A stretch of 64,000 nucleotides of DNA from Alphaproteobacteria bacterium. GTDB lineage: Bacteria > Pseudomonadota > Alphaproteobacteria > JAAXGF01. A program made the translations under genes and the position numbers. The notes beneath the pieces were generated by a model that searched no databases, was not told where the DNA came from, and worked only from the letters and a program-made list of their open reading frames with translations. This document shows, piece by piece, positions 20,093 to 31,588 of the stretch. Numbering within the stretch: position 1 is the stretch's first letter; each line of letters opens with the position of its first letter. The DNA lies in contig CAUVXB020000002.1 in assembly GCA_963555825.3 (NCBI GenBank), positions 2,848,001 through 2,912,000 on the forward strand, in the 5' to 3' direction.

Positions 20093-21175
20093 ATGAAGGC
20101 CGCCGTTTTGCGCGAGGTGAACGCGCCGCTCTCGATCGAAGAGGTCCAGGTCGACAACCCGACATCCCACGAGGTGCTGGTCAGGACCGCCGCCTGCGGC
20201 GTCTGCCGTAGCGACCTGCACTACATCACCGGCCATTACGCGGCGCCCAAGCCGACCATCCTGGGCCATGAGGCGGCCGGCGTCGTCGAGAAGGTCGGCG
20301 CCGAGGTGCGCTACGTCAAGCCGGGCGACCACGTCATCACCTGCCTCTCGGTGTTCTGCGGCCACTGCGAGTACTGCACCACGGGGCGGCCGTTCAGCTG
20401 CCAGAACCCCGAGGTTGCGCGCGACGACGACGAGGCGCCGCGCCTCGCCCAGAACGGCGGCGTCATGCACCAGTTCTACTCGCTCTCCTCCTTCGCCGAA
20501 TACATGCTGATCCACGAGCACGCCCTGGTGAAGATCCGCGACGACATGCCGCTCGACCGCGCCGCGCTGATCGGCTGCGGCGTGACCACCGGCTTCGGCG
20601 CGGTGATCAACACCGCCAAGGTCGAGGTCGGCTCGACGGTCGCGGTGATCGGCTGCGGCGGCGTCGGGCTTTCGGCGATCAACGGCGCCGCGATCGCCGG
20701 CGCCGGGCGCATCATCGCGGTCGACGTCAAGGGCTCGAAGCTCAATCTCGCCAAACATTTCGGCGCGACCGACGTGGTCGACGCGAGCCAGACCGACCCG
20801 GTCGAAGCGGTGCGCGAGATGACCGGCGGCGGCGTCGAGTATTCTTTCGAGGCGCTCGGCTTCAAGGAGACCTCCGAGCAGGCCTTCGGCATGCTGCGGG
20901 CCTCGGGCACGGCGACGATCATCGGCATGGTGCCCGAAGGCGTCATGCTCGAAATCCCGGCCGATGCGCTGCTCGACGACAAGACGCTCAGGGGCTCGAA
21001 CATGGGCTCGAACCACTTCCGCGTCGACATGCCGCGCTTCGTCGAGTTCTACCTCGCGGGCAAGCTCAAGCTCGACGACATGATCTCCCGGCGCATTCCG
21101 ATCGAAGGCATCAACGAGGCGTTCGACGAGATGAAGGCCGGCGCCGTCGCACGCAGCGTGATTGTGTTTGATTAG
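20093..21175 (+). CDS. Zn-dependent alcohol dehydrogenase (class III-like)
   Basis: GVCRSDLH, LGHEAAG, CGHCEYC...C, IGCGGVG. Confidence 0.92.
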   Translation: MKAAVLREVNAPLSIEEVQVDNPTSHEVLVRTAACGVCRSDLHYITGHYAAPKPTILGHEAAGVVEKVGAEVRYVKPGDHVITCLSVFCGHCEYCTTGRPFSCQNPEVARDDDEAPRLAQNGGVMHQFYSLSSFAEYMLIHEHALVKIRDDMPLDRAALIGCGVTTGFGAVINTAKVEVGSTVAVIGCGGVGLSAINGAAIAGAGRIIAVDVKGSKLNLAKHFGATDVVDASQTDPVEAVREMTGGGVEYSFEALGFKETSEQAFGMLRASGTATIIGMVPEGVMLEIPADALLDDKTLRGSNMGSNHFRVDMPRFVEFYLAGKLKLDDMISRRIPIEGINEAFDEMKAGAVARSVIVFD

Positions 21176-21189
21176 TTTTGGTGCAATCG

Positions 21190-21278
21190 GCTTTTTTGTG
21201 CGGTCAGCTTTGCTGACCTGCGCTCAATCGCCGCGCATGCTTCCGCCGAACGGTCGGCGGCCCGCAGTCGCGGGCTGT
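21190..21278 (+). repeat. Modular hairpin repeat family, copy 4 (minimal, 0 units)
   Basis: tgtgcggtcagctttgctgacctgcgctcaatcgccgcgcatgcttccgccgaacggtcggcggcccgcagtcgcgggctg. Confidence 0.8.
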
Positions 21279-21300
21279 GAAGACGAGATCGAGCCGCGCC

Positions 21301-22533
21301 CTACCCCTCGGCGACGCCCCAGATCTCGACCGTGGTCTCGGGGGTGTGCATGTGTGGCTGGGGCACCAGGGTCAGCGGCGGCAGCGCGCCGCCGACGCAG
21401 TCGGCGAGTGTCGCGCAGAACGCCTCGGTTTCGGCCTGTCTGCCGGTCGAGGTGAAATAGCAGACCATCAGCTTGAGATCGGCGGGCCGGCGGCCGAAGG
21501 GGCGCAGCAGGTCCTCGATATAGCTCATGGTGAAACGCGTCTGCGGCAACAGCTCGCCGTCGAGCACGCGCCGTCCTGAATTGTTGCCCGGCTCCGACGG
21601 CACCTGACCGCCCAGCCAGATGGTGTCGCGCAGGCCGACCGCCTGACGGTAGGGCAGCGGGATCGGCCAGTCCCAGACGCGTTTCGGCCAGTGGTCCTCG
21701 CGCGGGATGTATTTGTCGAAGCCGTTCCGGCTCTCGCGCATGGCGAGCACCTCGATCTTGGTGACCAGGCCGTCGGGCGAAAGCCGGTGGCATGGCACCA
21801 CGGTGGCCGGCGGGCCGGGCTCGCGGAAGTGGCTGGCGCGCGCCTTGGCCATGTCGGCCCATTGCGCGCGCGTCGTGCCGAAGTAATAGCCCTCCATCTT
21901 GACGCTGTCTTGGAACGAGGCGCCGAGTTCGGCAAGCGTCGCCGCGTGGATTGCCATGATGGCGTGGCTCTGGGCGACGCCGTCGCCGGCGTGCTGCACC
22001 GCGCCGGCCGCGTCGAGCGCCGTGCGGTTGGCGAGGGCGATGAACTCGCCGGCGCGCAGGCCGCCGGTCACCGCCCGGCCGCCGAACGCATCTTGCACAT
22101 GGGCGGGTACCGGCCGCATCGCGACGCGCACGTCGTCGAAGCCGCGCCAGCCCCGCTGGGCGATCGCCTGGAGCTGGATGCGCTGGCCGGTAAACGGCTG
22201 CAGCGGCACCGGCAGCGTGCTGATCGCCGGCATCGGCTCGTCCGGGAAGGCGCGCGCCAGGGCGGCGATGATGGCCCAGTCGTCGGCGTCCTCGGCCGCC
22301 GTGTAGAACGCCTTGAGCCGGACCACGTCGGCCAGGGTGCAGGCTTCGAGCACGAGCGCCGACGCCAGGTTGTCGAGCGCGCCGGCGATCTGCGCGTCGA
22401 GGTCGCCCGCGTGGCGAATGGCGCCGGTGCCGTCGAGGTCGCCGGCGCCGCCGACGAAGCTCAAGCGCCCGGCGCTCGCCGCGGTGTGGTGACTATGGGC
22501 GATCGGCAGCGCCCAGCTTCCCGTCGTCGTCAT
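21301..22533 (-). CDS. Triple-domain Rid/YjgF family protein
   Basis: Three repeats of the pattern Q....L...G....D.VK...YF...PP.T.V...IE..A. Confidence 0.75.
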   Translation of the reverse strand: MTTTGSWALPIAHSHHTAASAGRLSFVGGAGDLDGTGAIRHAGDLDAQIAGALDNLASALVLEACTLADVVRLKAFYTAAEDADDWAIIAALARAFPDEPMPAISTLPVPLQPFTGQRIQLQAIAQRGWRGFDDVRVAMRPVPAHVQDAFGGRAVTGGLRAGEFIALANRTALDAAGAVQHAGDGVAQSHAIMAIHAATLAELGASFQDSVKMEGYYFGTTRAQWADMAKARASHFREPGPPATVVPCHRLSPDGLVTKIEVLAMRESRNGFDKYIPREDHWPKRVWDWPIPLPYRQAVGLRDTIWLGGQVPSEPGNNSGRRVLDGELLPQTRFTMSYIEDLLRPFGRRPADLKLMVCYFTSTGRQAETEAFCATLADCVGGALPPLTLVPQPHMHTPETTVEIWGVAEG

Positions 22534-22603
22534 GGCGGCGTTCTCCTGCTTGGTTTAATCCAGCGTCGTCCAGCGCACGGCAATGTATTGGCAGTGCATT
22601 GAG

Positions 22604-22632
22604 TTGACAACGCCCGCGGCGCGGCTTAAATC
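22604..22632 (+). promoter_or_regulatory. Candidate sigma70 promoter of typA
   Basis: TTGACA-17 bp-TAAATC upstream of typA. Confidence 0.55.
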
Positions 22633-22710
22633 CCCCGCACCGCTTATAAAATCTCCGACGTTCGAACCACGCGCGCGCCGCCGGCGCGCCGTTCTTTGGA
22701 AGTGCCGCCC

Positions 22711-24525
22711 GTGCTGATTCGCAACATCGCCATCATCGCCCATGTCGACCATGGCAAGACCACGCTGGTCGACGCGCTGTTGCGTCAGAGCGGCCTGTTC
22801 CGCGATAACCAGGACGTCGGCGAGCGGGTCATGGACTGGAACGAGCTGGAGCGCGAGCGCGGCATCACGATCCTCGCCAAATGCGCCTCGGTCGAGTGGC
22901 GCGGCACGCGCATCAACATCGTCGACACGCCGGGCCACGCCGACTTCGGCGGCGAGGTCGAGCGCATCCTCGGCATGGTCGACGGCGTGTTGCTGCTGGT
23001 CGACGCCTCGGAAGGGCCGATGCCGCAGACCAAGTTCGTCACCGCCAAGGCGCTCAAGCTGGGCTTACGCCCGATCGTCGTGGTCAACAAGGTCGATAAG
23101 CCCGACGCGCGGCCCGACGCGGTGCACTCAGAGGTCTTCGACCTGTTCGCGATGCTCGACGCGAGCGACGAGCAGCTCGACTTCCCGGTCCTGTTCGCCT
23201 CGGCCAAGCATGGCTGGGCGAGCGAGGACTCCAGCGTGCGCGATGGCGACATGGCCGCGCTGTTCGACCGCGTCGTCGAAAGCGTGCCGGCGCCGACCGT
23301 CGAGGACGGGCCGTTACGCATGCTGGTCACGACGCTCGAATACGACGCCTATGTCGGCCGCGTGCTGACCGGTCGCATCCTGTCGGGCACGGTGGCCCAG
23401 AACATGACGGTCAAGGCGCTGAGCCGCGCCGGTGCGACCGTCGAGCGAACGCGCATCACCAAGCTTCTGGCCTTCCGTGGCCTCTCCCGCATGCCGATCG
23501 AGCAAGCGCACGCTGGCGACATCGTCGCGATCGCCGGCTTCGGCTCGGCGACCGTCGCCGACACGTTGTGCGAGGTGGCCGTCGAAGACGCCTTGCCGGC
23601 CGAGCCGGTCGACCCGCCGACACTCGCGATGAACTTCGCGGTCAACGATTCGCCGCTCGCCGGCAAGTCGGGCACCAAGGTCACGTCGCGGCTGATCCGC
23701 GCGCGACTGTTCGCCGAGGCCGAGGGCAACGTCGCCATCCACGTCCGCGAGACCGCCGGGGGTGACGCCTTCGAGGTCGCCGGTCGCGGCGAACTGCAAC
23801 TCGGCGTGTTGATCGAGACGATGCGGCGCGAGGGCTTCGAGCTGTCGATCAGCCGGCCCCGGGTGCTGACCCGCGAGGACCCGGAAACGGGTGTCACGCT
23901 CGAGCCCTACGAGGACGTCGTCATCGACGTCGACGAGGAATTCATGGGCACGGTCGTCGAATCGCTCGCCAAGCGCAAGGGCCGCCTCGAGGAGACGCGG
24001 AGCTCGGGCGGCGGCAAGCTGCGGCTCGGCTTCGTCGCGCCGTCGCGCGGCCTGATCGGCTATCACGGCGACTTCCTGACCGAGACCCGCGGCACCGGCG
24101 TGATGAACCGCGTGTTCCGCGCGTGGGGCCCGTCGGCCGGCACGATCGCCGGACGGCGCAACGGCGTGCTGATCTCGAACGCCGCCGGCAAATCGGTCGC
24201 CTACGCGCTGATGAACCTGGAAGAGCGCGGCGCAATGCTGATCGGTTCGGGCGTCGCGATCTACGCCGGCATGATCATCGGCGAGAACAACCGCTCGGGC
24301 GACCTCGAGGTCAACCCGATGAAGGCCAAGCAGCTGACCAACATCCGCGCCTCGGGCACCGACGAGGCGGTGCGCCTGACGCCCTACCGCCGCCAGTCGC
24401 TCGAACAGGCGATCGCCTACATCCAGGACGACGAGCTGGTCGAGGTGACACCCGCCGTGATCCGCCTGCGCAAGCGTCTACTCGACCCCAACGCCCGCAA
24501 GAAGGCCGCCCGCGCGGCGGCCTGA
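22711..24525 (+). CDS. typA: Translational GTPase TypA/BipA
   Basis: [59 protein letters not shown]. Confidence 0.97.
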   Translation: MLIRNIAIIAHVDHGKTTLVDALLRQSGLFRDNQDVGERVMDWNELERERGITILAKCASVEWRGTRINIVDTPGHADFGGEVERILGMVDGVLLLVDASEGPMPQTKFVTAKALKLGLRPIVVVNKVDKPDARPDAVHSEVFDLFAMLDASDEQLDFPVLFASAKHGWASEDSSVRDGDMAALFDRVVESVPAPTVEDGPLRMLVTTLEYDAYVGRVLTGRILSGTVAQNMTVKALSRAGATVERTRITKLLAFRGLSRMPIEQAHAGDIVAIAGFGSATVADTLCEVAVEDALPAEPVDPPTLAMNFAVNDSPLAGKSGTKVTSRLIRARLFAEAEGNVAIHVRETAGGDAFEVAGRGELQLGVLIETMRREGFELSISRPRVLTREDPETGVTLEPYEDVVIDVDEEFMGTVVESLAKRKGRLEETRSSGGGKLRLGFVAPSRGLIGYHGDFLTETRGTGVMNRVFRAWGPSAGTIAGRRNGVLISNAAGKSVAYALMNLEERGAMLIGSGVAIYAGMIIGENNRSGDLEVNPMKAKQLTNIRASGTDEAVRLTPYRRQSLEQAIAYIQDDELVEVTPAVIRLRKRLLDPNARKKAARAAA

Positions 24526-24590
24526 GCCGCCGCTCACCTCAGTGATGGCCGCTAAACGAGGCGCATCGGGTCGCATCACCAAAATCTCCT

Positions 24591-24674
24591 ATAATGGGAT
24601 CGGACACTATTAATATCGTTTGTTTATAAACAGATAGCTTCCCCATAATGGAGTCTGACCCCATTATGGGGAAG
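24591..24674. repeat. REP-like inverted doublet / bidirectional hairpin
   Basis: Perfect 14-bp stem cttccccataatgg-agtctgacc-ccattatggggaag plus a degenerate inverted copy at 24591. Confidence 0.7.
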
Positions 24675-24685
24675 GCCGGTCGAAC

Positions 24686-25594
24686 TCAAGGATCGGAATT
24701 TGCGCCGGGTTCGATCGCGGCGATCGGCTCGGGGGTCAGCTTGGACGCGCGTTCGAGCAGGATGAAGCCGACGCCGAGGAGGACCACCGCGCCGCCGCCG
24801 GCGATCTGCAGCGTCAGGCTCTCGCCAAGCAGGGCGATGCCGCCGGCGACCGAGAAGACCGGCATCAGCAGCAGGAACGGCGCGACGCGGTTGACCGGGT
24901 GGCGGCCGATCAGCGTGTACCACAGGCCGTAGCCGAGCGCGGTCATGACCAGGCCGAGATAGACCACCGTGCCCCACACCACCCAGTCGGCCGAGGCGAT
25001 ATGGGCGATGTGGTCGCTTTCGAAAATCAGCGACATGACAAACAGCTGTGGCGCGGCGAACACCGACACCCAAGCGATCAGGGTGAAGCCGCCGACGCCG
25101 ACGATCCGGCGCACCATGATCTGACCGAGCGCCCAGGTCATCGAGCCGGCGATGACCAGCGCGACGGCGGTCGAGGCACCGGTCAGGCGCGGCTCGCCGA
25201 CGATCACCGCGACGCCGGCGAAGGCGATCGCGATGCCCAGCCATTTCCGCGCGCCCGGCTTTTCCTTGAGCAGCACGACACCGAGGAGCACCAGGAAAGG
25301 GACTTCGAGCTGGATCACCAGGACCGCCGTCGAGGCGTCCATCCCAACCAGGCCGCTGAAAGTCAGGCTGTACTGAATCGCCGCCGATACCAGGGCGACC
25401 GCGAAGATCTGCCCCATGTGACGCCACGGCGGCCTGACGAACCAGACCAGCGCCAGCGCCGTCAGGGTGAACCGTATGGCCATCAGCAGAATCGGCGGAA
25501 AATGGCCGATCGCCGCCTTGGCGAACACCACGCCCATGCCCCACAGAAGGGCGACGGCGATGCCCATCGCCATGTCCTGACCGCGCAACGCCAC
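24686..25594 (-). CDS. EamA/DMT family transporter
   Basis: About 10 TM segments, LLWG, PPILLMAIRF, LLGESLT. Confidence 0.9.
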   Translation of the reverse strand: MALRGQDMAMGIAVALLWGMGVVFAKAAIGHFPPILLMAIRFTLTALALVWFVRPPWRHMGQIFAVALVSAAIQYSLTFSGLVGMDASTAVLVIQLEVPFLVLLGVVLLKEKPGARKWLGIAIAFAGVAVIVGEPRLTGASTAVALVIAGSMTWALGQIMVRRIVGVGGFTLIAWVSVFAAPQLFVMSLIFESDHIAHIASADWVVWGTVVYLGLVMTALGYGLWYTLIGRHPVNRVAPFLLLMPVFSVAGGIALLGESLTLQIAGGGAVVLLGVGFILLERASKLTPEPIAAIEPGANSDP

Positions 25595-25805
25595 CGATCG
25601 AACCCCTGAAATTGCCGTCGCCGCGCCGCACCGGCGCCAAGCGCCCGCCACGCTACCCGGAATGGCCGCGCGCCGCCAACGATGTTTGGTGAGCCGGCGC
25701 GTTTGACGGCAATCGATGGCCGCCGAGCTTGGCCGTTCCATATGACGCCGAGCCGGGGTACGCTCGGACCAAAGCGCGCGACCGGGACGGGGAGGTTCGG
25801 ACACC

Positions 25806-27821
25806 ATGAGCGCCAGCTGGCAGGTCGGCGTCGATATCGGCGGCACTTTCACCGACATCGTCGCGGTCGATGCGGCGGGCGGCGCCCTGCGCGAGGCCAA
25901 GGTCAAGAGCGACGCCGGCGAACCCGAGGCGAGCCTCGACGCCGCGCTGGCCGCGGTCGGGCTCGACTGGGATGCGGTCGACGACCTGATGCACGGCACC
26001 ACGCTGGCGACCAACGCGATCGTCCAGGACCGCCTGGCGCCGGTCGCCCTGATCGCCACCGAGGGCTTCGGCGACGTGCTCGCCATCGGGCGCCAGAACC
26101 GGCGCGAGCTCTACCGGCTCGATGTCCCGCCCAAGCTGCCGCCCCTGGTGCCCGAGGCGCTACGACTCGAGGTGCGCGAGCGGGTCGACGGCGACGGCGG
26201 TGTCAGCATCGCGCTCGGCGACGACGAGGCCGTCCGCGTCGCCGAGGCGCTCGCCGCGCTCGGCGTCGACGCCGTCGCGATCGCCCTGCTCAACGCCTAT
26301 GCCAACCCGGTGCACGAGAAGGCGCTGGCGGCGCGGCTCGACGGCGCGGTGCGGCACGTCGCGCTGTCGCACCAGGTCAACCCGGAAGCGCGCGAGTTCG
26401 AGCGGACCAGTGCGACGGTGCTCAACGCGGCGCTGATGCCGGTGACCGGGGTCTACCTGGACAAGCTTCTCGAGCGCGCTGGCAACCGCACGCGGCTGCA
26501 CCTGTTCCACTCGGCCGGCGGAATGGCCTCGTCCGAAGCGATGCGCGACCGGCCGCTGGCGCTTGCCCTTTCGGGACCGGCCGCCGGTGTCGCGGCGGCC
26601 GGCCGCGCGGCGCGCGAGCTGGCCATCGATCACGCCATCAGCTTCGACATGGGCGGCACGACCACCGACGTCTGCCTGATCGTCGGCGGTAAGGCGCAGA
26701 TCTCGAGCGAACGCACGCTGGCCGGCCGGCCGATGCGCCAGCCGATGGTCGCGGTCGAGTCGATCGGCGCGGGCGGCGGCTCGATCGCGCGCGTCGACGG
26801 CAGCGCGATCCGCGTTGGACCCGAGAGCGCCGGCGCCGATCCCGGACCGGCGTCCTACGGCCAGGGTGGCTTGGACGCCACGGTGAGCGACGCCAACCTG
26901 CTGCTCGGCTATCTGGCCGACGACCGCGTCTTGGGCGGCACCGTGCGGCTCGACCGCGCGCTCGCCGAACGCGCGGTCGGCGCCATCGCGACGGCGTTCG
27001 GCGTCGGCGTCGACGAAGCGGCGCTCGGTATCTACCGTATCGCCAACGCCAACATGGCGCGCGCGCTCCGACGGGTGACCGTCGAGCAAGGCGTCGACGC
27101 GCGCCGCTGCGCGCTGGTTGCCTTCGGCGGCGCCGGACCGATGCACGCCATCGCGCTGGCCCGCGAATGCGGCATCGAACGCGTCGTCGTGCCGCGTTCG
27201 TCCTCGGTCTTTTCGGCGCTCGGCTGTCTGTCGGCCGATCTGAGCTATGCTCAGCAGCAGACCGTGCATATGGCGAGCGGCGGCTGGGACGCGGCCCGTC
27301 TGGCGGACTTGCGCGACCCGCTGGTCGAGCGTCTCACGGCGCCGCTGCTCGCCGCCGGCCACGACGCCGGCGCGCTGACCGTCGGCGACGTCGCCATGGT
27401 GCGCTACGCCGGCCAGAGCTATGCCGTCGAGGTGCCCTATGCGGCGCCCGCCGAGCCCGAACGCCTGGGTGCCGATTTTCGCGCTGCGCACCGCGTGCTC
27501 TACGGTTTCGACACCGAGGAGGCGTGGGAGCTCGAGGCGATCCGGGTCACCGTCGCGGCGCCGCCGCGCCAATCGCGCGACGACACACCGGCGCCGAGCG
27601 GCGGTACCGCGACGCCGCATGCCACCGCGCCGTGCCTGTTCGAGGACGGCGGCTGGGTCGAGACGCCGCGCTACGGCCGCGAGGCGCTCGGCATTGACCA
27701 ACGCATCGCCGGCCCGGCGATCATTGAGGACGAATGGTCGACCGTCGTCGTCGATGCGTGCGCGACCGCCTGGGCCGACGCCCTGGGCCATCTGCACATC
27801 GACGTGGCGGGCGCGTCATGA
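25806..27821 (+). CDS. Hydantoinase/oxoprolinase subunit A
   Basis: GVDIGGTFTD, HGTTLATNA, SGPAAG, DMGGTTTD, GAGGGS, SAGADPGPASY. Confidence 0.93.
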   Translation: MSASWQVGVDIGGTFTDIVAVDAAGGALREAKVKSDAGEPEASLDAALAAVGLDWDAVDDLMHGTTLATNAIVQDRLAPVALIATEGFGDVLAIGRQNRRELYRLDVPPKLPPLVPEALRLEVRERVDGDGGVSIALGDDEAVRVAEALAALGVDAVAIALLNAYANPVHEKALAARLDGAVRHVALSHQVNPEAREFERTSATVLNAALMPVTGVYLDKLLERAGNRTRLHLFHSAGGMASSEAMRDRPLALALSGPAAGVAAAGRAARELAIDHAISFDMGGTTTDVCLIVGGKAQISSERTLAGRPMRQPMVAVESIGAGGGSIARVDGSAIRVGPESAGADPGPASYGQGGLDATVSDANLLLGYLADDRVLGGTVRLDRALAERAVGAIATAFGVGVDEAALGIYRIANANMARALRRVTVEQGVDARRCALVAFGGAGPMHAIALARECGIERVVVPRSSSVFSALGCLSADLSYAQQQTVHMASGGWDAARLADLRDPLVERLTAPLLAAGHDAGALTVGDVAMVRYAGQSYAVEVPYAAPAEPERLGADFRAAHRVLYGFDTEEAWELEAIRVTVAAPPRQSRDDTPAPSGGTATPHATAPCLFEDGGWVETPRYGREALGIDQRIAGPAIIEDEWSTVVVDACATAWADALGHLHIDVAGAS

Positions 27822-29404
27822 CGGCAACCGTCGATCCCTTCACCGTCGAGGTGATCCGCAACGCGCTGACCGCGATCGCCGAGGAGATGTCGGCCGTCGT
27901 CATGCGCTCGGCGCGCTCGCCGCTGCTGCGTGAGGCCGGCGATCTGTCCTCGGCGCTGACCGACGCCTCGGGCGAATTGATCGCCCAGGGCCGCGACATC
28001 CCGGTCCATCTCGGCGTCATGCCGGCGACGGTCAAGGCCTTCCTGGCGCGCGTCACGGCGGCGCGTCTCGCGCCCGGCGACGTTTGGCTGCTCAACCTGC
28101 CCGAGGTCGGCGGCAACCATCTGCCCGACGTCAAGGCGATCCGCCCGGTGTTCCGCGACGGCGCGCTCGAGGCGTTCGCCGTCAGTCTGGCGCACTGGGC
28201 CGACGTCGGCGGCGCCATCCCGGGCAGCTATGTGCCGGGCGCCACCGACGCCTGGCAGGAGGGCCTGCGCATTTCACCGCTCCGCGTCTTCACCGCCGAT
28301 GGCCCCGACCAAGAGAAGCTCGATTTCGTGCTCGCCAACGTGCGCGGCGCCGACGAGCGCATGGGCGATATCCTGGCCCAGATGGCGGCGACGCGCACCG
28401 CCGAGCAGCGCCTCGGCGAGCTCTACGACCGCTTCGGCGCGGCGACGCTGCACGATGCCATCGAGGCGCTCAACGACCAGTCCGAGGCACAGACGCGCGC
28501 CGCGCTCGCCGCGCTGCCCGACGGCGTCTACCAGGGCGAGGACTGGCTCGACGACGACGGCTCGGGCGGACCGCGGGCCGCCATCCGCGTGCGCGTCACG
28601 CTCGGCGGCGGCGAGGCGACCTTCGATTTCTCGGACTCGAACGACGCCGTGCCCGGGCCGGTCAACACCACCAAATATGCGACCGCCGCGTCGGTCTACT
28701 ACGCGGTCAAGGCGCTCGCCGCGCCCGATGTGCCGCCCAACGCCGGTTGCTACCGCCCGATCACGGTGATCACCCGGCCGGGCTCGATCCTCGAGGCGCC
28801 GGTCGACCGGCCCGTGGTCGGCGGCAACCACGAGACCGCGCAACGCGTCGTCGACGCCATCGTGCTAGCGCTCGAGCACGCGATCCCCGAACGGCTGACG
28901 GCGGGCGGGCCGACCACCTCGGGGCTCCTGCTGTTCAGCGGGCCGCACCCGCGCGACGGCCGATGGACGACGTTCTACGAGCCGCACGGCGGCGGCGAGG
29001 GCGCACGCGCCGACCGCGACGGCATGGACGTCGTGCGCATGCATATGTCGAACGTCATGAACACGCCGGCCGAGATCGTCGAGACCGAATACCCGCTGCG
29101 CGTCGAGCGCCAGGCGCTGCGCCGCGGCTCGGGTGGCGCCGGCCGCCATCGCGGTGGCGACGGCCTGGTGCGTGCCTACCGCGTCACCGGCGACGGCGTC
29201 GCGCTGACGACGATGGTCGAGCGCCGCGTAGTGCCGCCTTACGGTCTTCAAGGCGGCGAGCCCGCGGCGCCCTATCGGATCACGCTGGAGCGCGCGACCG
29301 GCGAGCGCGAGGATCTGCCGGGCAAGATACACATCAAGCTCGCCAAGGGCGACCTCGTCACCATCGAGACCTGCGGCGGCGGCGGCTACGGCGCCGCGGT
29401 GTAG
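27818..29404 (+). CDS. Hydantoinase B/oxoprolinase subunit
   Basis: IPVHLG, GGNHLPD, AHWADVGG, NTPAEIVE, GGGGYG; ATGA overlap. Confidence 0.93.
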   Translation: MTATVDPFTVEVIRNALTAIAEEMSAVVMRSARSPLLREAGDLSSALTDASGELIAQGRDIPVHLGVMPATVKAFLARVTAARLAPGDVWLLNLPEVGGNHLPDVKAIRPVFRDGALEAFAVSLAHWADVGGAIPGSYVPGATDAWQEGLRISPLRVFTADGPDQEKLDFVLANVRGADERMGDILAQMAATRTAEQRLGELYDRFGAATLHDAIEALNDQSEAQTRAALAALPDGVYQGEDWLDDDGSGGPRAAIRVRVTLGGGEATFDFSDSNDAVPGPVNTTKYATAASVYYAVKALAAPDVPPNAGCYRPITVITRPGSILEAPVDRPVVGGNHETAQRVVDAIVLALEHAIPERLTAGGPTTSGLLLFSGPHPRDGRWTTFYEPHGGGEGARADRDGMDVVRMHMSNVMNTPAEIVETEYPLRVERQALRRGSGGAGRHRGGDGLVRAYRVTGDGVALTTMVERRVVPPYGLQGGEPAAPYRITLERATGEREDLPGKIHIKLAKGDLVTIETCGGGGYGAAV

Positions 29405-29425
29405 GCAAAGGGGAGGGACCGCGAC

Positions 29426-30208
29426 ATGAAGCTCGAAGGCAGGAAGGCGATCGTCACCGGCGGCGCCAAGGGCATGGGCGCGGCGATCAGCCTGACGCTG
29501 GCGCGCGAGGGCGCCGATTTGCTGCTCACCGCGCGCGACACCGACGCGCTCGACGCCGTCGCGGCCGAAGCGCGGGCGTTGGGCCGCGCCGTCGAGGTCG
29601 TCGCCTGCGACGTCACCGACGAGGCCCAGGTCGCGGCGATGACCGATCGCGCGCGCGAGGCGTTCGGCGGGCGCATCGACATCCTGGTCAACGTCGCCGG
29701 CGTCACCGGGCCGATCGAGACGCCGGTCCAGGACATCGCCGTCGAGGATTTCGACCACGTCATCACGTCGAACGTCCGTGGCACCTTCCTGCCGATCAAG
29801 CACGTCATGCCGACGATGATCGCCCAGCGCTACGGCAAGATCGTCAACATCGGCGGTTCGTCGGGCCTGCGCGGCTACAAGTTCCGCACCGCGTACTCGT
29901 CGTCGAAATGGGCGATCCGTGGACTGACCCGCACCATCGCGCTCGAGGCCGGGCCGCACAACGTCAACGTCAACGTCGTCTGCCCGGGCATCGTCGAGAC
30001 GCCGCGCATGCAGAAACTCGTCGTCGAGAAGGCGCGGGTGCGCGGCTGGACCGAGGACGCGGTCTACGCGGAATACGTCGAGGAGATGGCGCTCAAGCGC
30101 GTCACGACGCCCGAAGACATCGCCAACGCCGTCTTGTTCATGGCGAGCGACGACAGCCGGAACATGACCGGCAAGGAAATCGCCGTCGATGGCGGCTGGG
30201 ACGTCTGA
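29426..30208 (+). CDS. Short-chain dehydrogenase/reductase
   Basis: TGGAKGMG, YSSSK. Confidence 0.93.
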   Translation: MKLEGRKAIVTGGAKGMGAAISLTLAREGADLLLTARDTDALDAVAAEARALGRAVEVVACDVTDEAQVAAMTDRAREAFGGRIDILVNVAGVTGPIETPVQDIAVEDFDHVITSNVRGTFLPIKHVMPTMIAQRYGKIVNIGGSSGLRGYKFRTAYSSSKWAIRGLTRTIALEAGPHNVNVNVVCPGIVETPRMQKLVVEKARVRGWTEDAVYAEYVEEMALKRVTTPEDIANAVLFMASDDSRNMTGKEIAVDGGWDV

Positions 30209-30230
30209 GCGAGAGAGAGGAGACGACGCC

Positions 30231-31099
30231 ATGCTGCCGGCATTCGACCTGACTATTCCGACCAGCCTGGAGGCGGCGCTCGGCGCGCTCGGCGACGGCG
30301 CCGCGCCGCTCGCCGGCGGCACCAACCTGCTGGTCGACCTGCGTGGCGGAACGGACATACCGCCACGTCTGGTCGGTCTCGACCGGCTGGCCGGGCTGCG
30401 CCGCATCGACACCGCCGGCGGCCGCGTGGCGCTCGGCGCGCTGACCACGATTACCGATGTCCTGCGGCACCCCGAAATGCCGGTGCTCGGCCCGTCGATG
30501 GTGGCGAGCGCCCGCCTTTTCGGTGGTCAGATGGTGCGCAACACGGCGACCGTCGCCGGCAACGTCGCTTACGGCTCGCCGGCTGCCGACATGATGCCGC
30601 CGCTGCTCTCGCTCGACGCCGAGGTGACGCTGACTAGCGCACGGGGGTCGCGAAGCATGCCGCTCGACGGCCTGTTCACCGGCTTCAAGGAGAGCGTCCG
30701 CGAGTCCGACGAACTGATCACCAAGATCGCCTGGCCGACGCCGGCGGCCAACAGCGTCAACCTGTTCTACAAGCTGGGCCTGCGCAAGGGCGACGCGATC
30801 AGCATCGTCTGCCTGGCGGTGACGATCGTCGCCGCGGACGGCGCCTGTACCAGTGCCCGCATCGCGCTGGGCGCCGTCGCGCCGACCGTGATCCGCGCAA
30901 ACGCGGCCGAGGATATGCTGGTCGGTCAGGGACTGACGCCCGCGCTGATCGATGCGGCCGCGAGGCGCGCGGCCGAGGAATGCAGCCCGATCGACGACAT
31001 TCGCGCTTCCGCCGGCTACCGCCGTCACCTGGTTCATATGCTGACCCGCCGCCTGGTCGGCCAGGCGTGGAGCCGACTCAACGCAACGGGAGGTGCGTC

Positions 31100-31103
<4 letters not shown>
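30231..31103 (+). CDS. Xanthine dehydrogenase family FAD-binding subunit
   Basis: LAGGTNL, QMVRNTATVAGN, SPIDDIRASAGYR. Confidence 0.9.
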
Positions 31104-31584
<481 letters not shown>

Positions 31585-31588
<4 letters not shown>

